Source: Spirochaetia bacterium (GTDB lineage: Bacteria > Spirochaetota > Spirochaetia > SZUA-6 > Bin103). From it: a stretch of DNA of 64,000 nucleotides. The position numbers and the translations under genes are program-made. Every line of letters starts with the position of its first letter. Position 1 is the first letter of the stretch. Below are positions 44,052 through 53,673 of the stretch, one piece after another. The notes beneath the pieces were generated by a model. The model did not search any database and had not been told where the DNA came from. It saw only the letters and a program-made list of their open reading frames with translations. The stretch covers positions 2,496,001 through 2,560,000 of the forward strand of contig CBDBDQ010000005.1 in the NCBI GenBank assembly GCA_965203905.1. The letters are read 5' to 3'.

Positions 44052-44636
44052 ATGTTGCAATCGCCGGCGCGCGTCCCGGCACGGGCCGCCGAGGATCTGG
44101 AGTTCATCCGTCACGCCATGGAGCGCGCCAACCGGTTCAACGCCGTACCCGGCGTGGGCCTGACGGTGATGGGCGCCACTGCGCTGGTCACGGCGGCTGC
44201 TGCCAGCATCGCGCCGGCCGGCCAATGGCTTGCCATCTGGATTGCGGACGCGGTGGTGGCGATCGGCGTGGGACTGGTCATGATGTACCGGAAGGCACGC
44301 TCGGTCGGACTCTCCGTGGCCTCCCCGTCGGGCCGCGCGTTCGTGTTGAGCTTCGCTCCGCCGATCGCCGCGGGACTGGTAGCCACCATCGCCTTTGCCG
44401 CCAAGGGGGCCGGCGAGTTGTTGCCGGGCGTCTGGCTCATCCTCTACGGGCTCGCGGCGACCACCGGCGGCGCCTTCTCGGTGCGTGCCGTGTCGGTGAT
44501 GGGCGGCTGCTTCCTGGTGCTGGGCGCTGCCGCGCTGCTGGCCCCCGGCGGCCTGGGAGACCTGTTCATGGCAGCCGGATTCGGCGCACTGCACGTCGGC
44601 TTCGGCCTGTTCATCGCGCGCCGCCATGGGGGTTGA
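44052..44636 (+). CDS. Hypothetical multi-TM membrane protein
   Basis: AAEDLEFIRHAMER followed by ~6 hydrophobic helices; ends [19 protein letters not shown]. Confidence 0.85.
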   Translation: MLQSPARVPARAAEDLEFIRHAMERANRFNAVPGVGLTVMGATALVTAAAASIAPAGQWLAIWIADAVVAIGVGLVMMYRKARSVGLSVASPSGRAFVLSFAPPIAAGLVATIAFAAKGAGELLPGVWLILYGLAATTGGAFSVRAVSVMGGCFLVLGAAALLAPGGLGDLFMAAGFGALHVGFGLFIARRHGG

Positions 44637-45006
44637 CGGCATGGTGGATGTGCATCCGGTGACTCCGCGGCTGCGCGAGGTTCTCCAGGGATTGACGGGA
44701 CCGGCGGAACCGGGCCTCGACCGTCTGGTCCACGAGCGTACCCGGCTGGCCATCATGAGCACCCTGGCCGTGGTGGAGAACGTGAGCTTCAGTCAGCTCA
44801 AGCGGTTGCTCGGCGCCACCGATGGCAACCTCAGCGTGCACGCGCGCAAGCTGGAGGACGCCGGGTACGTGGCCGCGACCAAGTACTTCGAGAGGCGCGT
44901 ACCACGGACCACGTATCGACTGACGGCCGTTGGCCGCGCCGCACTCAAGAGCTACCTCGGATATATGGAGAGTCTGATCAGAGCCATGCAGGGAGACATC
45001 AAGTGA
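44626..45006 (+). CDS. Winged-helix transcriptional regulator (MarR/ArsR-like, HTH_34 type)
   Basis: [50 protein letters not shown]; start 44626 or 44641. Confidence 0.92.
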   Translation: MGVDGMVDVHPVTPRLREVLQGLTGPAEPGLDRLVHERTRLAIMSTLAVVENVSFSQLKRLLGATDGNLSVHARKLEDAGYVAATKYFERRVPRTTYRLTAVGRAALKSYLGYMESLIRAMQGDIK

Positions 45007-45812
45007 ACGGAACCGCAGGACTCCACGTCGGCATCATCATGGATGGCAACGGGCGCTGGGCGGCGCGGCAGGGGTTGAGCCGCTACCGCGGCCACGGCGC
45101 CGGGGCGCGGGCAGTTCGCGCCTGCGTGCGTTCCGCTCCCGACCTCGGCGTCCGCGTGCTGACGTTGTACGCGTTTTCGGCCAACAACTGGCAGCGCCCG
45201 GCACGCGAGGTGAGCGTACTGATGCGCCTGTTCGAACGCCACCTGCATGACGAGATGGACGAGTGTGTGCAAAACGGGGTTCGGGTGCAGGTGATCGGTC
45301 GCCGTGACCGTCTGGGTGCGCGGCTGTGCGGCGCCATCGATGCTGCCGAGCGGAGGACGCGACACGGTGGACGCCTGCTGCTGCGTATCGCCATCGACTA
45401 CTCGGCGCGAGACGCCATTCTGGCGGCCGCCGCGCGGCTCCCCGATCTGACCGCTTCCGGCGTCGAGGATCGCTACGCGGCATTCGGCCGGCTGGTGGCG
45501 AGCCAGCCGTGCGAATGTCATCCGGCGCAGGATGTGGATCTGATCATCCGTACCGGGGGAGAGCAGCGTCTGAGCGACTTCCTGCTGTGGGAGGGGGCTT
45601 ACGCCGAGCTGTACTTTACCCAGGTGATGTGGCCCGACTTCGGCCGCCACGAGCTGCAGGCCGCGATCGCCGAGTTCCACGGCCGCGATCGCCGTTTCGG
45701 CAGCGTTGCCGCTCCGGCAGTCTCGCGGAAGCCCGCCAGCGCACCGCCACGGCGTGCCGCCGCGGCGGCCGGCGTGACCCATCCGGCGGTGGTGGCCGCC
45801 GCCGGAGCCTGA
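45003..45812 (+). CDS. uppS: cis-prenyltransferase (undecaprenyl diphosphate synthase family)
   Basis: [48 protein letters not shown]. Confidence 0.93.
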   Translation: MNGTAGLHVGIIMDGNGRWAARQGLSRYRGHGAGARAVRACVRSAPDLGVRVLTLYAFSANNWQRPAREVSVLMRLFERHLHDEMDECVQNGVRVQVIGRRDRLGARLCGAIDAAERRTRHGGRLLLRIAIDYSARDAILAAAARLPDLTASGVEDRYAAFGRLVASQPCECHPAQDVDLIIRTGGEQRLSDFLLWEGAYAELYFTQVMWPDFGRHELQAAIAEFHGRDRRFGSVAAPAVSRKPASAPPRRAAAAAGVTHPAVVAAAGA

Positions 45813-45857
45813 AGCGGCAGGCGGCAGCGACGGGAACGGCCTCAGGCAGAGACCGAA

Positions 45858-46304
45858 GTGTCCAGGCGAGCCGGAGTACCGCCGCGGTGGCAGCCGCTCG
45901 ACCAGCGTCTGACCGCCTGGATGAGCCGCCATGGCGTGCCGTTGCTGCGGGTCGCCGTCGGGGTCGTGTTCATCTGGTTCGGAGCGCTGAAACTGTTTCC
46001 GGGGGCAAGTCCGGCCACCGGTCTCATCGTAGCGACCTTCCCGTTCCTGCCGGAACGGTTGTTCCTGCCGTTTCTGGGTTGCTGGGAAGTGGCGATCGGC
46101 TGCGGCTTTCTCAGCGGCCGTTTCCTGCGCGTGACGGTGGCTCTGATGTACCTGCAGATGCTCGGGGCGATGTCGCCGCTGGTGTTGAACTCCGCCGCCG
46201 TATTTGCGCAGCCGCCATTCGTGCTCACGCTGGAGGGCCAGTACATCGTCAAGAACCTGGTCCTGCTGGCGGCTGCGATCGTGATCGGCGCGCGGGTGCG
46301 CTGA
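45858..46304 (+). CDS. DoxX/DUF417-like membrane protein
   Basis: LLRVAVGVVFIWFGALKLFP, WEVAIG, LTLEGQYIVKNLVL. Confidence 0.82.
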   Translation: MSRRAGVPPRWQPLDQRLTAWMSRHGVPLLRVAVGVVFIWFGALKLFPGASPATGLIVATFPFLPERLFLPFLGCWEVAIGCGFLSGRFLRVTVALMYLQMLGAMSPLVLNSAAVFAQPPFVLTLEGQYIVKNLVLLAAAIVIGARVR

Positions 46305-46369
46305 CGGCAGCAGCGGGTCGGTCGCACGGGGTTGGGCTGGACGCTCCGGCGGCGCCGCTGGCGGCCTGC

Positions 46370-46398
46370 TTGACGCCGCTGCATGGCGTATCTATGTT
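46370..46398 (+). promoter_or_regulatory. Sigma70 promoter, leaderless, of the bacilliredoxin gene
   Basis: TTGACG-17-TATGTT, ATG 6 nt downstream, no SD. Confidence 0.65.
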
Positions 46399-46404
46399 AG
46401 CCCT

Positions 46405-46827
46405 ATGCCGTACGACCCTGTGCTCGTGCAACCGATGCGCGACGAACTCACCGCGGTGGGCATCGAAGAGTTGGAGACCGCAGAAGCGGTGGACCGCTTC
46501 CTGGCGGACAAGAGCGGGTCCGCCATGATCGTGATCAACTCCGTATGTGGCTGCGCCGCCGGCAGCGCCCGCCCCGGCATCAAGATGGCGCTGCGTCACG
46601 AGGTGACCCCGGACCGGGTCGCCACGGTGTTCGCCGGCCAGGACCTGGAGGCGACCGCCAGGGCGCGCGGTCACATTCCCCATATTCCGCCGAGCAGCCC
46701 ATCGGTCGCCTTGTTTCGCGATGGCGAACTGGTGTTCATGTACCCGCGCCATCAGATCGAGGGACGGCCACCGCAGGTGATCGCCGCGGATCTGATGGAA
46801 GCGTTCGACGAGCACCTCTCCTCCTGA
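46405..46827 (+). CDS. BrxA/BrxB-family bacilliredoxin
   Basis: PMRDELT, INSVCGCAAGSARP (CGC motif), VFAGQD.EAT, PPSSPSVALFRDG, RHQIEG. Confidence 0.93.
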   Translation: MPYDPVLVQPMRDELTAVGIEELETAEAVDRFLADKSGSAMIVINSVCGCAAGSARPGIKMALRHEVTPDRVATVFAGQDLEATARARGHIPHIPPSSPSVALFRDGELVFMYPRHQIEGRPPQVIAADLMEAFDEHLSS

Positions 46828-46854
46828 CCTCCCGTTCCGCGAACCCGCGCCGCA

Positions 46855-47139
46855 ATGAGAGATTCCCGGCACGCGGCCAAGGGTGAGTTGCACGGCATCA
46901 CCGTGGTGGTGGACACCACGGGCCCGGAGCTGTATGTCGGTCGCTTCTTCGAACAGCGCGGCGACGGCATTGTGCTGCTCGACGTGGCGCGCCATACCGA
47001 TGGAGCAGGCGGGGTGTCGAAGCAGCAGTACGTGCAGACCGCGGCCCGCTACGGCCAGTGGAAGGAGCACGACCAGGTAGTGGTTCCGTTGCCCGAGGTA
47101 CGTTCGGTGACCCGTCTGCTCGATGCCGGCGCATCGTAG
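46855..47139 (+). CDS. Small hypothetical protein, possible Sm/LSm-like beta fold
   Basis: ITVVVDT..LYVGRF...IVLLDV...VVVPL.EVRSVTRL strand pattern. Confidence 0.7.
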   Translation: MRDSRHAAKGELHGITVVVDTTGPELYVGRFFEQRGDGIVLLDVARHTDGAGGVSKQQYVQTAARYGQWKEHDQVVVPLPEVRSVTRLLDAGAS

Positions 47140-47145
47140 CTCCGC

Positions 47146-47733
47146 ATGAGTCGGGTGCTGCTCGGCGCGGCTGTCCTGGTTGTCGCCGCGTGCTCGCGCC
47201 AGCCGCACGTGCGCGAGTATGACGAGGTGGTCATCAAGCCCTCGCCCGTGGTGGCGGCCTTCGACGGCAGTGGTGCCGGTGGCGCTGACGCGGGGCCGTT
47301 GGCGTGGCAGACACCGCCGGCGTGGCAGGAGTTGCCCGGTGACGGTATCCGTCTGGCGGCGTTCCTTCTGCAGCAGGGCGACCGGCGCGCCGAGACCACG
47401 GTGGTGATGTTGGGCGGGGCGGCCGGCGGCCTGGAGGCCAACGTGGTGCGCTGGCTCGATCAGCTCGGGCTGCAACTCGGGAGTGAAGAGCTGGCTCGGT
47501 TTCTCGCCGCCGGCGAGCCGGTAGCCACCCGCGACGGGCTGCGCCTCACGTTGTTCGACTTCACCCGCCTGACGACTGCCGGCGGGGACTCGATGCTGGC
47601 GGCGGTGGGGCCGATGCTCGACCAGACCCTGTTCGTGAAGATGTCCGGGGACGGCGACCTGGTGGCCGCCGCGCGCGGCGACTTCCTGCGCCTGGTCGGC
47701 AGCCTGGGACTGGCCGCCACGGGCACCTCATGA
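47146..47733 (+). CDS. Hypothetical lipoprotein
   Basis: Lipobox-like VVAAC; WQTPPAW, GGLEANVVRWLDQLGL, LFVKMSG. Confidence 0.75.
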   Translation: MSRVLLGAAVLVVAACSRQPHVREYDEVVIKPSPVVAAFDGSGAGGADAGPLAWQTPPAWQELPGDGIRLAAFLLQQGDRRAETTVVMLGGAAGGLEANVVRWLDQLGLQLGSEELARFLAAGEPVATRDGLRLTLFDFTRLTTAGGDSMLAAVGPMLDQTLFVKMSGDGDLVAAARGDFLRLVGSLGLAATGTS

Positions 47734-47767
47734 CGGCCGGCCGGCGGCGGCGCGAGCGGAGCGCAAT

Positions 47768-48919
47768 GTGTTAGCCGCCGCCATCAAGCGCTATCCGGTC
47801 CTGCGTCTGCTGATCGATCTGCGGGTCACGGTGGTGTCTCTGCTGTTGCTGTTCGTGCTCACCTTCCTGGGCACCGTGCACCAGATCGACAACGGTATCT
47901 ACTCGGCGCAGAAGAAATACTTCGAGTCGTTCTTCACCCTGGCGGGTGGGTTCGTGCCGCTGCCCGGAGCCCAACTCGTGCTCTGGGTGCTGTTCGTGAA
48001 TCTCGTGGCGGCAACCATCTACCGCTTCGCCTATCGGCTGCGACGGATCGGCATCCTGATCATCCACGGCGGCCTGTTCGCCCTCTTCTTCGGCATGTTC
48101 TTTACCCAGTACTTCGCGCAGGAGTCGTTCCTGTCGCTGCTGGAGGGGGAGGGGGGCAACGTCACCACCGACTACTTCGACTGGGAAGTGGCGGTGTGGG
48201 ATCCCACCGGCGAGACGCGCCACGTGGCCGCCGTCGATGCCCGCGAACTGGAGACCGGCACCACGGTCGAGATCTCTCATTACGGCGTGGCGCTGCTGCC
48301 GCAGCAATACTTCCCCAACGCCCAGGCTTTCAGTCGCGCCGCTGGCACGCCGACACGGTGGATCAACGGTTCCGGTATCGAGAGTCTTGAGGAGGCGCGC
48401 GTGTCACCCGATCCACAGGAGAATTTCCCCGGGGTGACGCTGACGGTGCGCCATGCGGGGGGCAGCGCGGAGGTGTTGCTGTTTGGCGGCGACGTGGGTC
48501 CGGCGTTCGTGCCGGTGGCCGGTGGCCGGCTCGCGGTGTCGCTGCGGCGCAAGCACCATGTGATGCCCCTGATTCTGATGCTCGACGACTTCCGGGCCGA
48601 GTTTCACCCCAACTCCGACACGCCGCGCAGCTTCGAGAGCGACGTTACCCTGCGCACGCCGGAGCTGACCCGCAGCGCGCGGATTTCGATGAACCACCCG
48701 CTGCGCTACGCGGGCTATACCTTCTACCAGGCTTCCTACGCCATCGACGCCACCGGTCAGGAGACCTCCACCCTCGCGGTAGTCCATAATCGCAGCCGCG
48801 TGGTGCCGTACGTCGGCACCGCGTTGGTGGGTGTCGGCCTTGCAATTCACTTCATCCAGACCCTGGTGCTGCGCCGGCGCAGGCGCTCCGACTCCTCGCA
48901 GGCGGCCGGCCGTGTTTAG
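47768..48919 (+). CDS. resB: Cytochrome c biogenesis protein ResB/CcsB (System II)
   Basis: TFLGT, ILIIHGG conserved His, RSFESDV, ISMNHPLRYAGYTFYQASY. Confidence 0.85.
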   Translation: MLAAAIKRYPVLRLLIDLRVTVVSLLLLFVLTFLGTVHQIDNGIYSAQKKYFESFFTLAGGFVPLPGAQLVLWVLFVNLVAATIYRFAYRLRRIGILIIHGGLFALFFGMFFTQYFAQESFLSLLEGEGGNVTTDYFDWEVAVWDPTGETRHVAAVDARELETGTTVEISHYGVALLPQQYFPNAQAFSRAAGTPTRWINGSGIESLEEARVSPDPQENFPGVTLTVRHAGGSAEVLLFGGDVGPAFVPVAGGRLAVSLRRKHHVMPLILMLDDFRAEFHPNSDTPRSFESDVTLRTPELTRSARISMNHPLRYAGYTFYQASYAIDATGQETSTLAVVHNRSRVVPYVGTALVGVGLAIHFIQTLVLRRRRRSDSSQAAGRV

Positions 48920-51038
48920 CGGCCCCCGCCACGGCGCGCCGCGCGCCCGGCTCGCGCTTGCGGCCGGCGTAATGCTCCTGGTCGCGGTAGCCGGAACCGC
49001 GCAGGAGGCTGCCGGCGCCGGCCTGGAAGAGGTGAGGGCGTTCGCACCGGGTGAGTTGCGGGTTGCCGAACTCGCGCCGCTGCGGCGCATCGTGGTGGTG
49101 GAAGGTGGGCGGCCGATGCCGCTGGACAGCTATGCGCGCATCACCTTGCTGCGGCTGTCCGGTCGCCGCAGCTACGACCGGCGCCCCGCCATCGAGTGGT
49201 TGGCGCGGGTGCTGTTCACCCCCAACGAGACCCACGACGACGAGATCTTCGTGGTGGACAATCCGGAAGTGGTCGACGCCATGGGCCTGGAGTCGCGCGG
49301 CCGCGACCGTTACAGTCTCGCATTCCTGCTGCCCGGGCTGCCGGAGCTGGAACGGTTGGCCACGGACGCCGCGGCGATCAGCGAGGAGGGCCGTACCATC
49401 GTGGAGCGCGAGATTCTGCGCCTCTGGAACAACGTCGGTCTCTACGCCAATCTGCTCTCCTCGTTCGCGTTCACCTACCCTCACCGGGACTTCCAGGTTG
49501 ACGATCCGGCGGCAGCGGAGTTGCTCGGGCTGCCCGGTACCGGCACCTACAGCTACCTCGACGTCGCCCTGCGGCGCGCCGAGTTGCGCGAAGCCGCCAT
49601 GGCCGCCGGCGTGGCGCACGCTGCCAGCGGCGCGTTCAGCCGCAGCGATGGGCAGTTGCTGCGCCTCAGCCAGAGTCTCGCCGCGTGGCAGGGCAACTTC
49701 GTGGGCCTGCCGTTGCCGGTCATTCCGGTCGCCGGCTTCGGCGAGGCGCGCTGGCTCACGCCCTGGCAGGCGCTCGACGGACAGCAGACGGCGGGACTCG
49801 GGGCGGAGCAGCTGCGTGCCCTGGAGAGCGAGCTGCTGGCGCTGCGCGACCTGCAGGTGGCCTATCTCGAAGGCCGCGAGTTGCGCTTCGGACTGGCGGC
49901 GCGCCAGTTTACCGACTCGGTGCAACGCCGTACCGCGGCCGAGCTCGAACTCAAGGATCCCGGACTGGAGATCTTCTACAATCGAACCAATCCCTACCTC
50001 GCCGCGCGGCTGGCGTACGGCGCCGGGCTGCTGCTGCTGGCGCTGTCGTTCCTCGGCTTGAGGATCTGGCTGTATCGCGCCAGTCTCCTGTTGTTGCTGC
50101 TCGGCTTCATCCCCCACACCTTCGGCCTGGTGCTGCGCATCCTGATTACCGACCGGCCGCCGGTCACCAACCTGTTCGAGACCTTCGTGTTCGTGGGCTG
50201 GGGTGCGGTGGTATGCGGCGTAGTCATGGAGTATCTGCGCAAGCGCTATCTCGGCGTCTTCTGCGGGCTGGCGGGCGGGTTCGTGTTCTTCCTGCTCTCG
50301 GGCAAGTTCTCGGCCGAGGGCGACACCATGCCGGTGCTGCAGGCGGTTCTGGACACCAACTTCTGGCTCTCCACCCACGTCACGGTGATCACCACCGGCT
50401 ACATGGCCTGCTGCGTGGCGGGCCTGATCGGCCACGTGTACATGCTGCAGGCGGTGTTGCAGGGGCGGCGCGGCGCGGCGTCCGCTCCGGATGCCCGGCA
50501 ACTCGCGCACACCTACCGGACGCTGTTCGGCACCCTGGCCCTGGGACTCACCTTCTCCTTCGTGGGCACGATGCTCGGGGGCATCTGGGCCGACCAGTCG
50601 TGGGGCCGCTTCTGGGGCTGGGATCCCAAGGAGAACGGCGCCCTGCTGATCGTGCTGTGGTGCGCGATCCTGTTCCACGCCCGAATGGGCAAGATGATCG
50701 GCCAGTTCGGAATGGCCGCCGGTGCCGCCCTGCTGATCATCGTGGTGATGCTGGCGTGGTTCGGGATCAACGCGCTCGGGGTGGGCCTGCACGCCTACGG
50801 GTTTACCGACGGGGTTCTGTTGGGGCTGGGCGTGTACAGCGTGGCGCAGGTGGCGTTCGTGGCGGCGATCGGCAGTTGGTATCGCCGGCAGCAGCGTCGC
50901 GCGCCGCAGCCACCGGCACCGCCATCCCCGGGCGCCGGCGTGGCGGCCGCGGGGCACGCCAACGGCGCCGCCCACACCACGGCCCCGGTAGGGGGAAACC
51001 GATCCCCGGGGGTTGCAGCGGCGGCCGCGCACCGGTGA
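48912..51038 (+). CDS. ccsA: Cytochrome c biogenesis protein CcsA/ResC with a large N-terminal periplasmic region
   Basis: RPPVTNLFE, WLSTHV, GGIWADQSWGRFWGWDPKENG (WWD domain), GLHAYG. Confidence 0.92.
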   Translation: MFSGPRHGAPRARLALAAGVMLLVAVAGTAQEAAGAGLEEVRAFAPGELRVAELAPLRRIVVVEGGRPMPLDSYARITLLRLSGRRSYDRRPAIEWLARVLFTPNETHDDEIFVVDNPEVVDAMGLESRGRDRYSLAFLLPGLPELERLATDAAAISEEGRTIVEREILRLWNNVGLYANLLSSFAFTYPHRDFQVDDPAAAELLGLPGTGTYSYLDVALRRAELREAAMAAGVAHAASGAFSRSDGQLLRLSQSLAAWQGNFVGLPLPVIPVAGFGEARWLTPWQALDGQQTAGLGAEQLRALESELLALRDLQVAYLEGRELRFGLAARQFTDSVQRRTAAELELKDPGLEIFYNRTNPYLAARLAYGAGLLLLALSFLGLRIWLYRASLLLLLLGFIPHTFGLVLRILITDRPPVTNLFETFVFVGWGAVVCGVVMEYLRKRYLGVFCGLAGGFVFFLLSGKFSAEGDTMPVLQAVLDTNFWLSTHVTVITTGYMACCVAGLIGHVYMLQAVLQGRRGAASAPDARQLAHTYRTLFGTLALGLTFSFVGTMLGGIWADQSWGRFWGWDPKENGALLIVLWCAILFHARMGKMIGQFGMAAGAALLIIVVMLAWFGINALGVGLHAYGFTDGVLLGLGVYSVAQVAFVAAIGSWYRRQQRRAPQPPAPPSPGAGVAAAGHANGAAHTTAPVGGNRSPGVAAAAAHR

Positions 51039-51105
51039 TTCCCCGCGGCCCGCACGTGGCGACGCTCGTCCCGGCGGCCGTGTTGCGGTACCTTGAGAGC
51101 TAGCG

Positions 51106-51864
51106 ATGGCGCTGGCGCGGGGCACCATGCCCTTTCTCGAACACGCCGCCGAGTTGCGGCGGCGATTGATCATCTCCCTGCTCGCCGTGCTGCTTGCGGC
51201 GATCGTCTGCTACCTGTTCTACGAGCCGGTGCTGACGGTGCTGTTGCGTCCGTTGGAAGCGGTGCCGGACGCAGCCGCCTCCGAGGCTGACGCGGACGCC
51301 GCGTATCTGTTCATCAACACCATCTTCGAGGGCTTTCTGGTACGGGTGAAGGTGGCGCTGATCGCCGGCGCCGTACTTGCCACCCCGGTACACCTCTACA
51401 ACCTGGTGCGCTTCATCTTCCCCGGCCTAACGCTTCGCGAGCGGCGCGCGGTAACGGCCGTCCTGGCGGCTTCCTTCGTGCTGTTGCTGGCGGGTTTTTT
51501 CTACAGCTACTACAGCGTGATACCGCTCTCCGTGCGGTTCCTGGTCAGCGCCGGTTTCATCCCGCCGGGGGTCGGCCTGTGGCTGAACTTTCAGCGCAAC
51601 GTGTTCTTCGTGTTCCAGTTTCTGCTGGTGTTCCTGCTGGTGTTCCAGATCCCGATCCTGCTGGTGGTGCTGATGATGACGGGGGTGGTCACCCGGCGCG
51701 CGCTGTTGCGGGCCAGCCGTTATGCGGTAGTCGGCATCTTCGCCCTGTCCGCGGTAGTCACGCCGCCGGACGTGGTGTCGCAGGTGAGCTTGGCGGTGCC
51801 GATGGTGGGCATGTTCTTTCTATCGATCCTGGTGGCAAAGCTGCTCGGGTTCGGAGCGGAGTGA
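51106..51864 (+). CDS. tatC: Twin-arginine translocase TatC
   Basis: MPFLEHAAELRRRL, FIFPGL, FQIP, VTPPDVVSQ. Confidence 0.95.
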   Translation: MALARGTMPFLEHAAELRRRLIISLLAVLLAAIVCYLFYEPVLTVLLRPLEAVPDAAASEADADAAYLFINTIFEGFLVRVKVALIAGAVLATPVHLYNLVRFIFPGLTLRERRAVTAVLAASFVLLLAGFFYSYYSVIPLSVRFLVSAGFIPPGVGLWLNFQRNVFFVFQFLLVFLLVFQIPILLVVLMMTGVVTRRALLRASRYAVVGIFALSAVVTPPDVVSQVSLAVPMVGMFFLSILVAKLLGFGAE

Positions 51865-52196
51865 TGTTCGGCCTCGGGGTCTGGGAAATCGCCATGATCT
51901 GCATTGTCGTGCTGGTGTTCGTGCGTCCCGAGGAGTTGCCCCGCGTGATGCGCAAGTTGGGGACGCTGTATGGTCGCGTCACCGGATCGTCGCGCCGCAT
52001 CATGCGGCAACTCCAGTTTCCCCCGGAGCTGGACGATGATCCGCAGCAGGGTGACCCTGGGCACAGCATCGCTCCCGACGGTACCGGGACCGGGGGCAGC
52101 ACAGGCAACTCGGTGCGCGACCCTGAAGGTAAGGTCGGGACCGAACATAGCGTCGAGACCGGGACCGACGACCGCGGGACGCGCAAGGAGGCGTGA
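51864..52196 (+). CDS. tatB: Twin-arginine translocase TatB-like subunit
   Basis: MFGLGVWEIAMICIVVLVFVRPEELPRVMRKLG. Confidence 0.8.
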   Translation: MFGLGVWEIAMICIVVLVFVRPEELPRVMRKLGTLYGRVTGSSRRIMRQLQFPPELDDDPQQGDPGHSIAPDGTGTGGSTGNSVRDPEGKVGTEHSVETGTDDRGTRKEA

Positions 52197-52200
52197 GAGA

Positions 52201-52410
52201 ATGTTACCTGGTGGTGCAGAGTGGATCATTATCGGCGGCGTGGTGCTGGTGCTGTTCGGCGCCTCGGCGATTCCGCGCTTTGCGCGTTCCATCGGACGCG
52301 CCAAGAAGGAGTTCGAGAAGGGGCAGCACGACGGTGCTCGGGAACAGGCCGAGGGCCAGCAGCCGGAGGCCGGCAAGTCGGCCGACGGCGACGAATCGCG
52401 CGACCCCTGA
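52201..52410 (+). CDS. tatA: Twin-arginine translocase TatA
   Basis: GGAEWIIIGGVVLVLFGASAIPRFARSIGRAKKEF. Confidence 0.92.
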   Translation: MLPGGAEWIIIGGVVLVLFGASAIPRFARSIGRAKKEFEKGQHDGAREQAEGQQPEAGKSADGDESRDP

Positions 52411-52425
52411 GGCGGCGGACGCCGC

Positions 52426-53673
52426 TCAGTTACCCTGGTCCAGGAGCCGCCGCACCGCATCGAGGATGTGGTGCGCGACCTGTTCCTTCTCCATTGGCGG
52501 CAGCTGCACCGTAGCCGTATCGGGGGCGATCAGCAGCACTTCGTTGTGATCGGAGCCGAAAACGCTGTCGCCGGCGCTGTTGCTGACCTGGTTGGCGACG
52601 ACGAGGTCGACGCCCTTCCGGTCCAGCTTGGTACGTGCGAAGCGCTCCAGGTTCTCCGTTTCCGCGGCGAAGGCGACGATCACCCGCGGGCCCTGCTGCG
52701 CATCGCGCCGCTGCCGTGCCGCCGCGGCCACGATGTCCTCGGTACGTTCCAGTGCCAGCTCGAGGCGGGAGCCGGTGTCCGACTTCTTGATCTTGTGCGA
52801 CGCTCTGCTGGCCGGCCGGTAGTCGGCCACCGCGGCCGCCATCAGCAGCACGTCGTGCGAGGCCAGGCGCGTGCTGACCGCCGCCTGCATCTCGGCGGCT
52901 GACTCCACCGGCGCGAGGTCGATGCCGGCGCAGTCGACAGGTGACGGAGCGGTGGTGACCAGCGTCACCTCGGCACCGCGGTCGCGAGCCGCCCGGGCCA
53001 GCGCGAGCCCCATCTTGCCGCTGGAGCGGTTGCCCAGCACGCGCACCGGATCGAGCGCTTCGCGGGTGCCGCCGGCGGTCGTCAGGCAGCGCACGCCGGC
53101 CAGGTCACCGCGACGCCCCAGCACCCGGCGAATGTGTCCCAGCAGTGCCTCCGGCTCCACCATGCGTCCCGGGCCCCCGGCACCGGAAGCGTGGCGACCG
53201 CTCTCGGGCCCGGCCACTTCCACTCCGTCCTCGCGCAGCAGCGCCACGTTGCGCTGGGTGGCCGGATGCAGCCACATCCCCGCTTCCATCGCCGGCGCCA
53301 GCAGCACCGGCGCGCGCGTGCCCAGCACGGCGAGGGCGAGCAGATCGTCGGCCAGCCCGTGGGCCAGGCGGGCCAGCGTGCGGGCGGTGGCAGGCGCCAC
53401 CACGATGAGGTCGGCGCGTTCCGCCAGCTCCACGTGCGGCAGACCTCGGTCGGCGAACAGGTCGGTGTGCACCGCGCCGCGAGTCAGGCCGGTGAAGGTC
53501 GCCGGCGTGACGAAGCGCGCTCCGGAACCGGTGAGGATCACGTCGACCTCGGCGCCATGCCGCACCAGGGAACTCACCAGTATGGCCGCCTTGTAGGCCG
53601 CGATGCTGCCGGTCACGCCGACCACCACCCGGGCCCCCGTCAACGCCCCGCGCCGGCTCGTTGACGGACTCAT
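52426..53673 (-). CDS. coaBC: Phosphopantothenoylcysteine decarboxylase/synthetase
   Basis: GVTGSIAAYKA, APATA, APAM, GGTREALDPVR..GNRSSGKMG, AAAVADYRP, FAAET. Confidence 0.96.
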   Translation of the reverse strand: MSPSTSRRGALTGARVVVGVTGSIAAYKAAILVSSLVRHGAEVDVILTGSGARFVTPATFTGLTRGAVHTDLFADRGLPHVELAERADLIVVAPATARTLARLAHGLADDLLALAVLGTRAPVLLAPAMEAGMWLHPATQRNVALLREDGVEVAGPESGRHASGAGGPGRMVEPEALLGHIRRVLGRRGDLAGVRCLTTAGGTREALDPVRVLGNRSSGKMGLALARAARDRGAEVTLVTTAPSPVDCAGIDLAPVESAAEMQAAVSTRLASHDVLLMAAAVADYRPASRASHKIKKSDTGSRLELALERTEDIVAAAARQRRDAQQGPRVIVAFAAETENLERFARTKLDRKGVDLVVANQVSNSAGDSVFGSDHNEVLLIAPDTATVQLPPMEKEQVAHHILDAVRRLLDQGN

